A stretch of 64,000 nt of DNA from Eledone cirrhosa. Taxonomy: Eukaryota. The position numbers and the translations under genes are program-made. This document shows, one piece after another, positions 52,901-64,000 of the stretch. The stretch is taken from NCBI GenBank assembly GCA_964016885.1, contig OZ024755.1, positions 38,812,001 to 38,876,000 on the forward strand, read 5' to 3'. The notes under the pieces were generated by a model, which was given only the letters and a program-made list of their open reading frames with translations, had not been told where the DNA came from and did no database searches. The first letter of the stretch is position 1. The number at the start of each line of letters is the position of its first letter.

Positions 52901-53469
52901 AATGTGTAATAATAATACCTATTTTGAGTAAGGTTTGTTGAATAACAAGAGTAGGAAACGTAAAAAAAAAAAGTCACCTACCCTGTTCATGTGGAGGGAA
53001 GGATAATGCTCCCTCCCCCGGCCAGTTGAAGGTACCTCCACAAGGATGTCGGAGTATATCCGTTTGAATAAAGTAGCCCAGACGTCCCTGGCGTATTTTT
53101 CCTATAATATACAGCTTCCTGTGTCCTGTGTAAGATTTGTATGTATGTTGGTGGTGTAATATAGTGTAATATAGTTATTGTCGACCTTGAGACACGGAAA
53201 CGAGTTGCTGTCACGTGACAGCTGGTTGAATGAGGATTTTGAATGGTGTTCTTGCCTCCATTTTTTTTTAGACGCTTGTAGGCGTGAAAATTAAAAAAAT
53301 AAAGTACAAATATTTGGGCCTTTGGTCTAAATAATATGGGGTCGCCTTTTTAGATGACAATGTATGGCGCCCTATTTACAGTTTGTAGCAAAACTATTTC
53401 AACAAATCACATTTCAAACTAAACAACAAACCTTTCGGAGCTAACGATAACACGTGTCGGTCGCCAATA

Positions 53470-53770
53470 ATAATTAATAATAATGGTTTCTTATATAGGC
53501 ACAAGGCCAGCAATTTTGGGGGAGGGGAAAGTCGATTAAATCGACCCCAGTGCATCACGGGTACTTTATCATAATAATAATAATTGTTTCTACTTTTGGC
53601 ACAAGGCCAGATATTACCCCCAGTGCATTACTGGTACTTTATTTTATCGACCCCGTAAGGATGAAAGACAAAGTTGACCTCGGCGGGATTTGAACTCAGA
53701 ATGGAAAGGGCCGTAACTCTATGCGTCAAAGCAAGGCGTCGGACCCTCTACCGATACTGCCAATCCACCG
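53470..53770 (-). mobile_element. Two tRNA-SINE copies (partial and near complete)
   Basis: Same SINE motifs. Confidence 0.88.
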
Positions 53771-55320
53771 ATGGTTTCATTTATTGGCCACAAGGGCCGA
53801 TATATAGGGGGACAATTAATAGACGGGGACAGTGGGGGTTTACATAAAGATCGAGTAAAAAATAGGAAAACAATAACAATAAACAAGAAAAATACAACAA
53901 TGAAAATCCCTAATAGGAGGGGGACGGGGTGACCACCCAGGGTTGATTCAGGTCCACCGCCTGACGCTTCGAGGGCACCCCTCTCTTCCTCAAATTAACC
54001 AGCCTACAGGTCCATGATCAGAGTAGGCCCACTCACACGGGCCATTCTCGCCACATTCACCCACCTTTTAGTAAATGTACTGGAGGGCAGCACTTCTCTC
54101 TCCACCCTCACCTTCCTTTCCAAGTGAAACTTAAAAAAGTTAATGAGGGATTGGCCGAAGAGAAAAGTGTCTGTCTTCAGTCCTTTCAATGGTCCACCAT
54201 ATAACCTCTTTCGCTACTGCCACCAGACAGAAGAAAATTACCTGCCCTTCCTCGCCAAAAGAAGGCGGCGGGTCGATCTTCACTATGGACTCGGCCGATA
54301 GCCGGATCCGTTCCACACGCGACAACAGCTGTTCGACATAACTACACAAGTCAGTAATGCACGGACACTGGACAAGTGCGTGCATAATGGATTCGTCGCT
54401 CTGCGCGCATCTCGGGCAGGTCTGTCTGACAGCACTTCCGTGCCTGTAGAGTTTATCCCGAACCGGCAGTACCGGTTGTCCAACGTCGCAGGCTTGAAAG
54501 TTCTCCGGAACAGACTGGTCAGTTCGACTTTGTCGGCGCTCAGAGCCTCTCCGAGTGCGTCATCGCACTCGCCCACGACTAATCCTCTATAGAACTCCAT
54601 AAGAAGTTGAAGAAGAGCCGTTCCAACTTGGCGAGGCGCGGACGGGGGCAAGGCACGACGGCTAGGTGGTAGTAGATGACGGACCCGATGTACGCATTCG
54701 CCGCCTCCAACCGCCTATTCAGTGACAGCTTCCTCACAGCCCATTTCTGGGTGGGACTGGCTACCCTGCTCGTCATATCGTCCCAAGGCTCATGCCCCTG
54801 GAGGTGTGGTTCGAACCAAACCCCGAGCGACTTCACCGGTCCATCCGTCCAGCACCCAACGACGCTGTTGGATGACATGGACTTGCCTCTCGTAGGGCAG
54901 ACCATCCAAACTGGGTGACTTGCACCTCCTGCAGCCGACTAGGACATCCTGAATTTTAGCTGGAGTTATTGGCCTTTCACAGCGTTCAGCGTCGGCCGTC
55001 GAGGTCGGACTGAAGTCCGCTACCGTCTCTGACTCACCACTCTCCCGAACAACCCAGAAAAGTGCCGGCGAAAGGCCTCACACATACGCCTGGAATCGCT
55101 CAGCTCTTGTCCGTCTCGGTCCATCAAAGACTGAATTGTGGTTTTATTTCCATGCTGCGCCTCTGGCACGCGGGCTCATCGAACAGCTTTGAGTCCCTCG
55201 TTTCTCAAAGCACGCGCCTTAGCCCCTGACAATGCAGCCTTCGTGTTTCACATTGAAGGAATGGTCTAATGTCATTCCCACGTCAGTTGCAATGCCACCA
55301 TAAATAGCCTCGTCTAATTT
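53771..55320 (-). mobile_element. Tx1/L1-clade LINE with internal deletions, retaining the ORF2 C-terminus and 3'UTR
   Basis: PVKSLGVWF, KLSLNRRLEAANAYIGSVIYY, Cys/His knuckle (CPRC..HALVQCP), AKEVIWWT, FTKRW; AATAAA near the 3' end. Confidence 0.85.
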
Positions 55321-55454
55321 AGCTTGAGGGCAAAGACTAAAGTCTTTTGTCCGTTTTGAAACAAAGAAATATTAATAACAAAAGGATTTAAACACGTAAA
55401 AATAACAAACTTACTCGAGCTCACGATAATACGTCCTTTGACTTCACCGACCAA

Positions 55455-55785
55455 TAATAATTGTTTCTACTTTTGGCACAAAGTCAGCAATTACCCCAGT
55501 GTATTACTGGTACTTTATTTTATCGACCCCGTAAGGATGAAAAGCAATGCTAACCACGGCGGGATTTGAACTCAGACCATAAAGGGCCGTAACTCGTTGC
55601 TGCCAAGCATGGCGTCCGACCCTCTACCGATACTGCCAATCCACCGCCCTAATAATACTAATAATTGTTTCTACTTTAGGAACAAGGCCAGCAATTTAAA
55701 GTGGATGGGAAAGTCGATTAAATCGACCCCAGTGCATTACTGGTGCTTTATTTTATCGCCCCTGTAAGGCAAAGCTAACCCACAA
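55455..55785 (-). mobile_element. Two tRNA-SINE copies
   Basis: Same SINE motifs. Confidence 0.85.
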
Positions 55786-58603
55786 GTCTCAGACCCGTAC
55801 AGCAGCACAGACTCCACTACAGCAACAAAAAGACAGATCTTCAGGTCTTTACGAAGGTCCGACTTCCACACTGATCTCAAGCTGTAGCACGCCGCCCAGG
55901 CTTTGCTCTTCCTCTCAACCACATCATCCTCTGTTTTGCTCCCAAATGCAGGAAGTCCTCAACCAATTCTAGCGGCTTCCCGCCTACATTCATAATCTTG
56001 TCTGGCTTCTCAACATTCTCTACCAGATATTTCGTCTTAGTCTCATCCATTCTCAGCCCCACACTCATCGACACAGTCTCAACCTCCTGCATCAAATCCT
56101 CTGCCTCCTTCACTGTATTTGTCACCAGAATTATGTCGTCAACAAAATAAGCATCTGAAATCGTTTTAACCTTAACTCTCCTGCTCTGAACCGGTGCTAC
56201 AGTAAAGCCCAAGTCCTGGTGTTTCTCCAGTGCAAGGCTCATTCAATAGTCCACTACGATGATACAAAGGTAGGGAAGCAATGTATCTCCCTAGAGCACT
56301 CCAGCCAGTATCTCAAAGTACTTCGTCATCCCATCAGGTCTAATTACTTGGACTCTGGTGTTGGTGTAGAGCAGTGATATCAGGTCCACTATCTTCTTGG
56401 GGATTCCATAAGCCTGTAAGATCGTCAACAGGCAGTGACGGTCCACAGAATTAAAGGCCTTCCTGAAGTCAATGAAACCATGACAGCAGGAAGGCTCTTT
56501 GCTCTAGCTCCCTCTAATATCCTCCTCAGGATCAGGATGATGATTGGTGGTTGATCTTCCCTCTCTGAAGCCGTTCTGGTTGTCCCTGAGCTTCTTCTCC
56601 ATCTCGGACTGGTTCCTGTTAAGAATCATCCTGTTGAGGGTCTTTGCCACATGTGACATCAGTGAGATCCCCCTATAGTTGTTGGTGTTTGAGAGATCTC
56701 CCTTCTTTGGCACTGGGACGATGTTACTGATCCTCCACTGATCCCGGGCAACTCCTTTCTCCAGTGCCTGGTTACAGAACTCCAGGGTGATATCAAAATC
56801 ACACCTCTTCATCACCTCTGATGCCACTCCATCTTCTCCGTGGGACTTGCCCTCCTTGATCTTCTCCTTCGCTCTCTGAAGTTCCTCTCTCAATATCCAG
56901 TTCCTCAAACAGTGGCCTGATCTTCCCGGTGTGCTGTGCTGTGGCTCTCCTAGTAAGGTCCTAAAATGGTCCAGCCATTTCCTCTTCCTACCCTCAGGCC
57001 TTGACTCAAACCCCCTCTCTTCCTACTTGTGATCTCGTTAATGATCGCCCAGCTCTCTTTACCTTTACACCTGTCAACCACTCTTTCCATACTCATGATC
57101 TCCATCAGAACCTCCTCTCTGGCCGCAGTGTAAGAGGTACAGAGTACTTCTTTCTTCACCTCCACATTCTCCTTCCTCTCCTCTGTAGGATCAACATGGA
57201 ATTGGTCCTTTGCAGCTCTCAGATGTTTTCTCGCTGCACACACACTTGGGTCTGCAGAGCTGTCGTCCTTCCTCTTCCTCTCTCTACTCGATTCAAGGGT
57301 CTCACTTGCTTCCGCCTCGTCACACTCTCCTCAGTCCCTCCAATCTCTCTCTCCTCTGCCTCTCAACACAGAGCACTGAACCTGTTCCTCACTTCCACTG
57401 TGAACCGCTCCTGTAGCTTATCATCTTCCTTGAAAACACCCCAGTCATAGATTGTTCTTTCTTAAGCTCACCCGGACCTCACTCATAACAAGCCGGTAGT
57501 CACTGCCCAGTGTACTGAAATAGTTGTATGGTTCTGTGTTCAGAACACAATTCTGTCACTTTTTCCTCGCCAGAATGAAATCAATCTGGGACTTGGTCAG
57601 GTGAACATCAGAAATGTAGGTCCACATCTTCTCCAGATTCTTCTTAAACCTTAGGTTGGTTGCCTTGAAGTTCACCTCCAGCAGGGTGTCCCTCAGTAGT
57701 CTGCCGTTTCGATTGGTGTTGTTATGGAAGTACCAGCAAGGATCTTCACTGCCCTCCTTACTCAGATGTGCATTGAAGTCCCCCAGAACAAGCAGGATGT
57801 TGTGTGCTTGTGTGGTATTGACAGCTCTACATTTCCTCATGGAACTCCTCTGCACTCACATCACTGTCCCTCGCGGTTGTACTATAGGCTGAGATGACTG
57901 TCAGCCCTGGCGTTCCACTGAAAGTCACCCACAAAACTCGCGGGGAGACAGGTATGATCTCCTTCAATAATAGGTTGCCTCTTGTACTCAATACAAAACC
58001 CACTCCTCCTACTGCGGCATAAGTTGTGTTCTTCACTGCCGATGTGGTGATGAGCTGGCTCCTCTTTCCAATCATCACACTCCTCACGGGCTCATCATGT
58101 AGGATCCTGTGTTCTTGGATCGCAAGGATCTGCATACCACTCTCCTCGAACAGATGACCCAACTCCTCTCTCTTCTCCAGCGTCCGAACTGTCCTCACAT
58201 TTTAAGTACCGATTTTAATGGCTCTTCTGTAGGACAAAACTGTATTCTTTATATTTGTCTCAGAGACAGCGGATCCATCATCCACTGGCCCTCCCTGTGG
58301 CTCTAAACCAGCAGATTCATAACCACCAGACTGCTCCTTGACAGTGTAGTTAGGGGTTCTAACTCTAGTGCTGTTAAATATACTCTCCAAGGCCCTTTTC
58401 AATGGCTAACAACACCTTACTGGCACCACTGCAATAAGGTAATTATTTAACCCATAAATGGGGCCCTAACAGGTACTATTACTCCGGGCCAGAGCAGACC
58501 TGGGAGTTATGACAACTAAGGGGTAACTCCACATTCCCCACAGCTCCTGAACTCCCGAAATGGAGCCTTGCCACTGGATGTAGTTTAATATGATACCAGG
58601 ATA
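55780..58603 (-). mobile_element. RTE-clade LINE with probable 5'UTR, APE endonuclease and RT; 3' end lost; many stops and frameshifts
   Basis: NVRT, ILAIQEHR, GGVGF, LGDFNAH, QIDFIL (APE); PKKGDLSNTNNYRGISL, QNGFREGRST, FIDFRKAF, FVDD, ESVLLYGSET (RT). Confidence 0.9.
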
Positions 58604-58642
58604 CACACACATACACATATGTATATATTTATTTATACACAT

Positions 58643-58770
<128 letters not shown>

Positions 58771-58805
58771 AACTGCAAGGTTCCAGTATATATATATATA
58801 TATAT

Positions 58806-58941
58806 AACGAAGGAATTGTGGTAAGGAACCAGATGAACCATAACGCACCACAGTACTCAATACTTAGGGTAGCAGAGTGGGTAATAGGAAAAGGTATGAC
58901 CCCGACGGCAGAGCTCAAGCCGTTTCGACACCTTTTCCTAT
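58806..58941 (-). mobile_element. Short repeat, probably a Penelope-like 3' end carrying the 3' half of a hammerhead; related copy at 63385-63485 (+)
   Basis: Minus: cGAAAcggc(ttgagctct)gccGTC ggggtc; 12-bp inverted terminal duplication; bounded by (TA)n. Confidence 0.5.
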
Positions 58942-59197
58942 ATATATATATATACAGACAGACATAGACCCGGTTAGACAGACAGGCACACACGCACATA
59001 TACACAAAAACGTATAAACATACTTTAACATAAAAACATACACAAATATCTGCATGAGTTTTATCTATTTTACAAAAATGAAATGGACTAAGGGAAATAA
59101 CTTTAAATTATTGTATAGAAGTCGATTCTAAGAGTAGCCTCCCTTACACTATTACAATTTTAACTGTGGTAACTTGTTTCTTTACTTCATTGTAGCA

Positions 59198-59665
59198 ACC
59201 TGAAACTTTACTCACTCCAACGTCGCCGTGAGCGTTATATTATCTGCATGATGTGGAAAATGTTCCATCATCACTGCCCAAATGATGTTGGCATCGCCTT
59301 CAAGATACACCCAAGGCTTGGGCCTCGTGCTATCCGTCCCATTCAAAAATCTAAATCGCAACTCATAACAACAATACGGCACAATTATTTCACCTCAATC
59401 GGCCCTGCTCTCTTCAACATCACACCAGGACACGTCAAAACAGAAACTGACCACACAAAATTCAAGAAGTCTTTGGACAAATTCCTCCAAGTAATCCCGG
59501 ACAAACCACCCACACCCGGATATGTCTCCGCAAACAGTAATTCTCTTCTCGAATGGGCCATGGTGCCCAAATCCTGAATTGAAAGACTTCGCCAGGTGGT
59601 GCTATTAAGTTAGACATGGCCTGGGCCAATACTGGCCAAAACATTTCAAAGTTATTCAAAGTTAT
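59198..59665 (+). mobile_element. CR1-clade LINE 3' end
   Basis: LKLYSLQRRRERY, GPALFN, FKKSLDKFLQVIPDKP..SNSL; short tandem tail ttcaaagtta x2. Confidence 0.85.
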
Positions 59666-59924
59666 ACATTTAGTGCCAAAATAAGTTCAAGTCCACGAAA
59701 ACACAAATACAAAGTCCATCTACCTGGAAATATATTTTATTTACAAAAGAAAATTTTTATTTTAAATAATTTCTGAATTATTTGTGTTTAAAAATAAAGA
59801 AAAGCAGTTTGTGTTTTCATAATTTTAATGCCAGTGGAAAAAAAAGCATTTTATCGCTCACTTCTTTTCCTTGAGCTGATTAAGTCTATTTAAAAAATTG
59901 CCTACCATATTTTAGCGGCAGTTA

Positions 59925-60128
59925 ACGGCTTTTCGTAGCCCTCCGCCTCCGTCGCCGAGAGCCGTGGCATGCCGTCGGGGTAGGGTCTAAAGTCCATTCA
60001 GCGATCAGTTTCGCCATTGCTCCCGAACACATATACTCAGCCGCACACATATACTCAGGATTAATCAACATGCGAACGTCGTGGTGCGCCAAAGACCAAA
60101 TCGTGGCATTATTGCCACGCAGGCCCAT
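59925..60128 (-). mobile_element. Tx1/L1-clade fragment
   Basis: RGNNATIWSLAHHDVRMLINP similar to the 51580-51660 and 55100-55160 segments. Confidence 0.6.
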
Positions 60129-60129
60129 T

Positions 60130-61797
60130 GGGTATGGTTACAATATTGCCAACAAGAAAATAATCCTTCTACTTTATATGGAAGATCTAAAGCTATATCA
60201 CAAAGACAATGACGAGCTGTAAGTTCTTTTGTGAACAGTAAAAATCTTTAGCGATGTCATCAGGATGGAGTTTGGACCGATAAGTGTGCCCAAGCCACTT
60301 TCTTTCAAGAAGGGGAAGCTTATCAACTCAGTTGAATTAGATGGTGAAATAGCCATAAAGGAACTTGAGCAGGAACAAATTATAAATACTTTGGGATTAA
60401 TGAGGGCTCTGGCATTCGGCATGCAAGTATAAAAGAAAGAATAAGGAAGGAATGTTACAGGAGGGTACGCGCAGTTCTGAAATCAGAACTAAAGGTGTTC
60501 ACCATAAATTCTTTGGCAGTTCCAGTTGTCACTTATAGTTTCGGTGTGTTGAACTGGAACATGAGTGAAATTAAAAGAATCGACTCCAAAATCCGTAAGT
60601 CTCTGACTTGTAATAGAATGCACCGCCCGAAAGCAGATGTGGATCGTCTTTACCTTCCTAGAACTCAAGGAGGCCGTGGCCTGATCCAATTTGAACTTAC
60701 CTATAAGACCACTACCACTGGACTGGTCAAATACTCTGAAACAACAAACGACTGTATGCTAAAACTTGTTGAAAAACATTAGAGAAGTAAGAAGCTTCAT
60801 TCTATCTTCAATGAGAGTAAAATAATATGCCACTGATCTCATGCTTAATCCCCAGATTTGACAGAGTAAGGAAACTGTTGCAATTGATGCTGCTAAGCAC
60901 ATAAAATTAATGGCAAAAGCAAAAGGGCAAGAGCAATTAGCATCAAAGTGGGAGCAGAAACCTCTGCATGGCAAATATGTGACTAGTAGCAAACATGATG
61001 TTAACCAAAAGAACACCCATCAGTGGCTACGTAGCTCAAGGCTAAAATAAGAGAGCGAAGGCTTCATCTTAGCTGCCCAAGATCAAAGCTTACTGACACA
61101 GAATTACCAGGCCAACGTGATGAGAAATGGAGTAAATCCAAAGTGCCGATTCTGCAATGTTGAGGTTGGAACAGTGGACCACCTAATTTCTGGATGTAAA
61201 GTGCCCCAGTAGAGTACAAATATAGACACTGGGTAATATGTCGGCATTACAAAATCAAAGCTGCTGACAAGTGGTACAAACATTACCCTGAGGCTGTAAC
61301 TGAAGGAGAAAAAGTAACGATTCTTTGGGATTTTCCTGTACATACTGACCGGACCATAAAAGCTGATAGACCAGATATCATTGCAAAAGACCAACATATC
61401 AAGGTCTGTTTATTGATAGATATGAGCATCACATGTGATCACAATATCACAGCAAAATAATTTGACAAGCTAAGAAAATATAAAGATCTGCTCATTGAAA
61501 TTGAACCAATGTGGTACCTCAGGGCCGTTACAACACCAGTGATTGTGGGAGCACTGAGAATGATCAAGAAAGGAAGAGGACAGTATTTGAGAATGATGCC
61601 CGGTTTACCCTCGCTGCAAGAGGCGCAAACATTGTTATAACTGGTATTGCACACGTATAGAGAAGAGCACTATCTCTCTGAAAATTATAAACAATTTGGT
61701 GTGTTAACTGGCTTACCAATGTATGCAGTGGGTTTATTGCCCGAGGTGTCAGGAAGACGGCATATAACAGAAACAATACTGAAGGAAAAGGAAAAAC
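60130..61797 (+). mobile_element. Second 5'-truncated R4/Dong-clade element, heavily decayed, ending in (AAT)n
   Basis: YMEDLKLY, GMEFG, DVDRLYLPRTQGGRGL, EGFILAAQDQ, CRFC..VDHLISGC, DRPDII..LIDMS motifs. Confidence 0.9.
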
Positions 61798-61984
61798 AAT
61801 AATAATAATAATAATTGTTTCTACTTTTGGCACAAGGCCAGCAATTACCCCAGTGTATTACTGGTGCTTTATTTTTATCGACCAGGTAAGGATGAAAGGC
61901 AAATCTAATCTCGGCGGGATTTGAACGCAGAACGTAAAGGACCATAACTCTATGCTGCAAAGCATGGTGTCTGGTGCTCTACCG
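61798..61984 (-). mobile_element. tRNA-SINE copy with (ATT)n tail
   Basis: Same SINE motifs. Confidence 0.88.
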
Positions 61985-62800
61985 AAATAATTTCTTATAT
62001 AGCGGATAATACAAAAAACAGGGGCAGTTAACGTTTACAAAAATTGAGTAAAAAAGATAAAATATATAACAAGAAAATTCCCCAGTAGTGGGGTGTACGA
62101 CCCAGGGGTCACTTACGAACCCCACCGATCCTATACCACCCTACTCTCCCAGAGCACCATAGGAAAGCGCCCCGCTCCTGCCCAAACTAGCCAGCATACA
62201 GGCGTATGGTCAGAGTAGTCCCATCCATACGAGCCATTCTCATTACATTCAACCACCTTTCAACGAATGTTCTGGGCCTGGGGCAGCACCTCAGTCTCCA
62301 CCCTCACCTACTTTTCCAAGTGGAACTTGAAAATATTGATGAGGGTTTGCCCGAAGAACAAAGTGTCTATCTTTGGTTCTTTCAGATTCATCCACAACAC
62401 AACCGCTTTCACAACAGCCACCAGACAGGAAAACTGTCTGCCCTTCCGGACCATAAGAAGGTGGCGGGGCAATCTTCCTGATGGACTCGGTCAATAGCCG
62501 CATGTGTCCTACATCCGATAATAACTGTTTGACAAAACTCCTCAAGTACGTAATGCACGGTCGCTGGACGTGGAGAAAGCTTTCACCGTCCTGCACGTCT
62601 CTCGGGCAGGTCGTCTGCCTGACAGCAATTCCGTGTCCCGTAGAGTTTATCTCAAACCAGACGTTGTCCATAATCAAGAGTTCTCCGGAACAGACTGGTC
62701 AGTTTGCTTTTGTCGGCACCGAGAAAGTCGTCACATTTGCCCACCACTAGTATTCTATAGAACTCTAGAGTAGAATTTCCACCGATTGCATTGCCCGACC
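61985..62800 (-). mobile_element. Tx1/L1-clade LINE 3' portion
   Basis: Collinear with 53800-54600 (TCPR, ESIRKIAPPP, FKFHL motifs). Confidence 0.8.
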
Positions 62801-62984
62801 GGATGGCAAGGCGAGGTCACCTCCATTTTTACGAAAAAAAATTGTGGGCATAAATTTTAGGTTTGAAGTTCATATGTTTATGTCCCCTTGGCAACAAAAA
62901 ATATAGCAAGGTACCAATTTTAATAGCTGAAAACAAACTTGCGGTAGCAATCTGCAAGAATATTCAACAAACGGACGAATAAAA

Positions 62985-63290
62985 TAATAATTGTAATGGT
63001 TTCTGATTTAGGCACAATTTTCGGTGAGGGGAAAGTCGATTAATTCGACTCCAGTGCATTACTGGTACTTTATTTTATATACCCTGTAAGGAATAAAGGC
63101 GAAGTTAACTTCGGCGAGATTTGAACACAATACGTAAGATGGAGTAATTCTATGCCTCAAAAAATGTTACACGCTAAAAGCACGTTACGCCTTAATGATG
63201 GTTTTATCGACCTTGTAAGGAGGAAAGGCAAAGCTAACCTCCATGGGATTTGAACCTAGAACGTAAAGGGCCGTAACTAATACCACTAGA
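62985..63290 (-). mobile_element. Degenerate tRNA-SINE copies
   Basis: Same SINE motifs. Confidence 0.75.
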
Positions 63291-63486
63291 ACATTCTCAT
63301 GATTCAATAATGTCTAACATAGTCCCATCGGATTTCAAATATTGGAAATCCGTTAATTTTATTTGAAGAAAACTCTTTTTTAATGGGGTCCCGACTCTTT
63401 TCCTATTACCCACTCTACTACCCTAAGTATCGAGTACTCTGGTGAGTTATGGTCCACCTAGTTCCTTACCACACCTTCTTTGTTGA

Positions 63487-63526
<40 letters not shown>

Positions 63527-63527
<1 letters not shown>

Positions 63528-63720
63528 CATCATCATCATCATCGTTTAACGTCCATATTCCACGCTTGCATGGGTTTGGACGGGAGTTTTCCCACTTGAG
63601 GCAAGAGTGGTTGTCTTGCTCGCATAGGACTGTCTGGCGGGTTTTCTACGGCTGGATGCCCTTCCTAACACCAACCACGTTTACAGTGTGGACTGGGACG
63701 TTTTTACTGTGTTACCTACA
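63527..63720 (-). mobile_element. RTE-related short non-autonomous element with (GAT)n tail
   Basis: Minus: ggttggtgttaggaagggcatccagccgtagaaa (RTE 5'-like) and cccatgcaagcgtggaatatggacgttaaacgatgatgat (RTE 3'-like). Confidence 0.65.
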
Positions 63721-64000
63721 CGGTCACATGGACTGTGTGTTTTTTTTTTTGTCGTGACACCTACACGACCTCGTTTGTTTCGGGCTGGATGTTGTGGTAC
63801 CAACATAACTTTACATTGTATATATATATATATATATAGAATATTTAAGTACCGAGAGAGAGAAAAGAAGACATAAGCGATACATATATTATTTGCCAAA
63901 AGCTTGTACAGATGTACTCAATACTTGTGCCTACAGGGTTAAATATTAGAAGCGGTAATATCTAGCGGGCGAGAATATAAGCAGAGCGGTTACAAGTGAA

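Noticed and set aside
53145-53170. Single near-match to the 18-bp minisatellite unit (atgttggtggtgtaat)
   Set aside because: One short imperfect match is expected by chance

Overview
Gene-poor, repeat-saturated eukaryotic DNA. The repeat content (long TA/CATA microsatellites, tRNA-derived SINEs, RTE, R4/Dong, Tx1/L1, CR1, CRE-like and Penelope-like relics) resembles an octopus/cephalopod genome; this is an inference. Bases 1-21535 are an 18-bp two-variant minisatellite with kilobase-scale higher-order duplications. The rest is a mosaic of decayed retroelements, three further minisatellites (44, 57 and ~90 bp; two apparently born inside SINE copies) and microsatellites. No host protein-coding exon could be supported; the very long ORFs are repeat artefacts. 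The most interesting signal is five minimal type-I hammerhead ribozyme motifs (CUGANGA...GAAA-UAUAUAUA, with a compensatory base-pair change between families). Four of them sit as mirror-image pairs in near-perfect DNA palindromes (434-bp and 159-bp arms) bounded by TA microsatellites, the architecture expected of Penelope-like pseudo-LTRs. Also notable are further fold-back inversions, two R4/Dong elements abutting the microsatellite tails of other retroelements, and a possible shared 3' tail between the SINE and a Tx1-like LINE.
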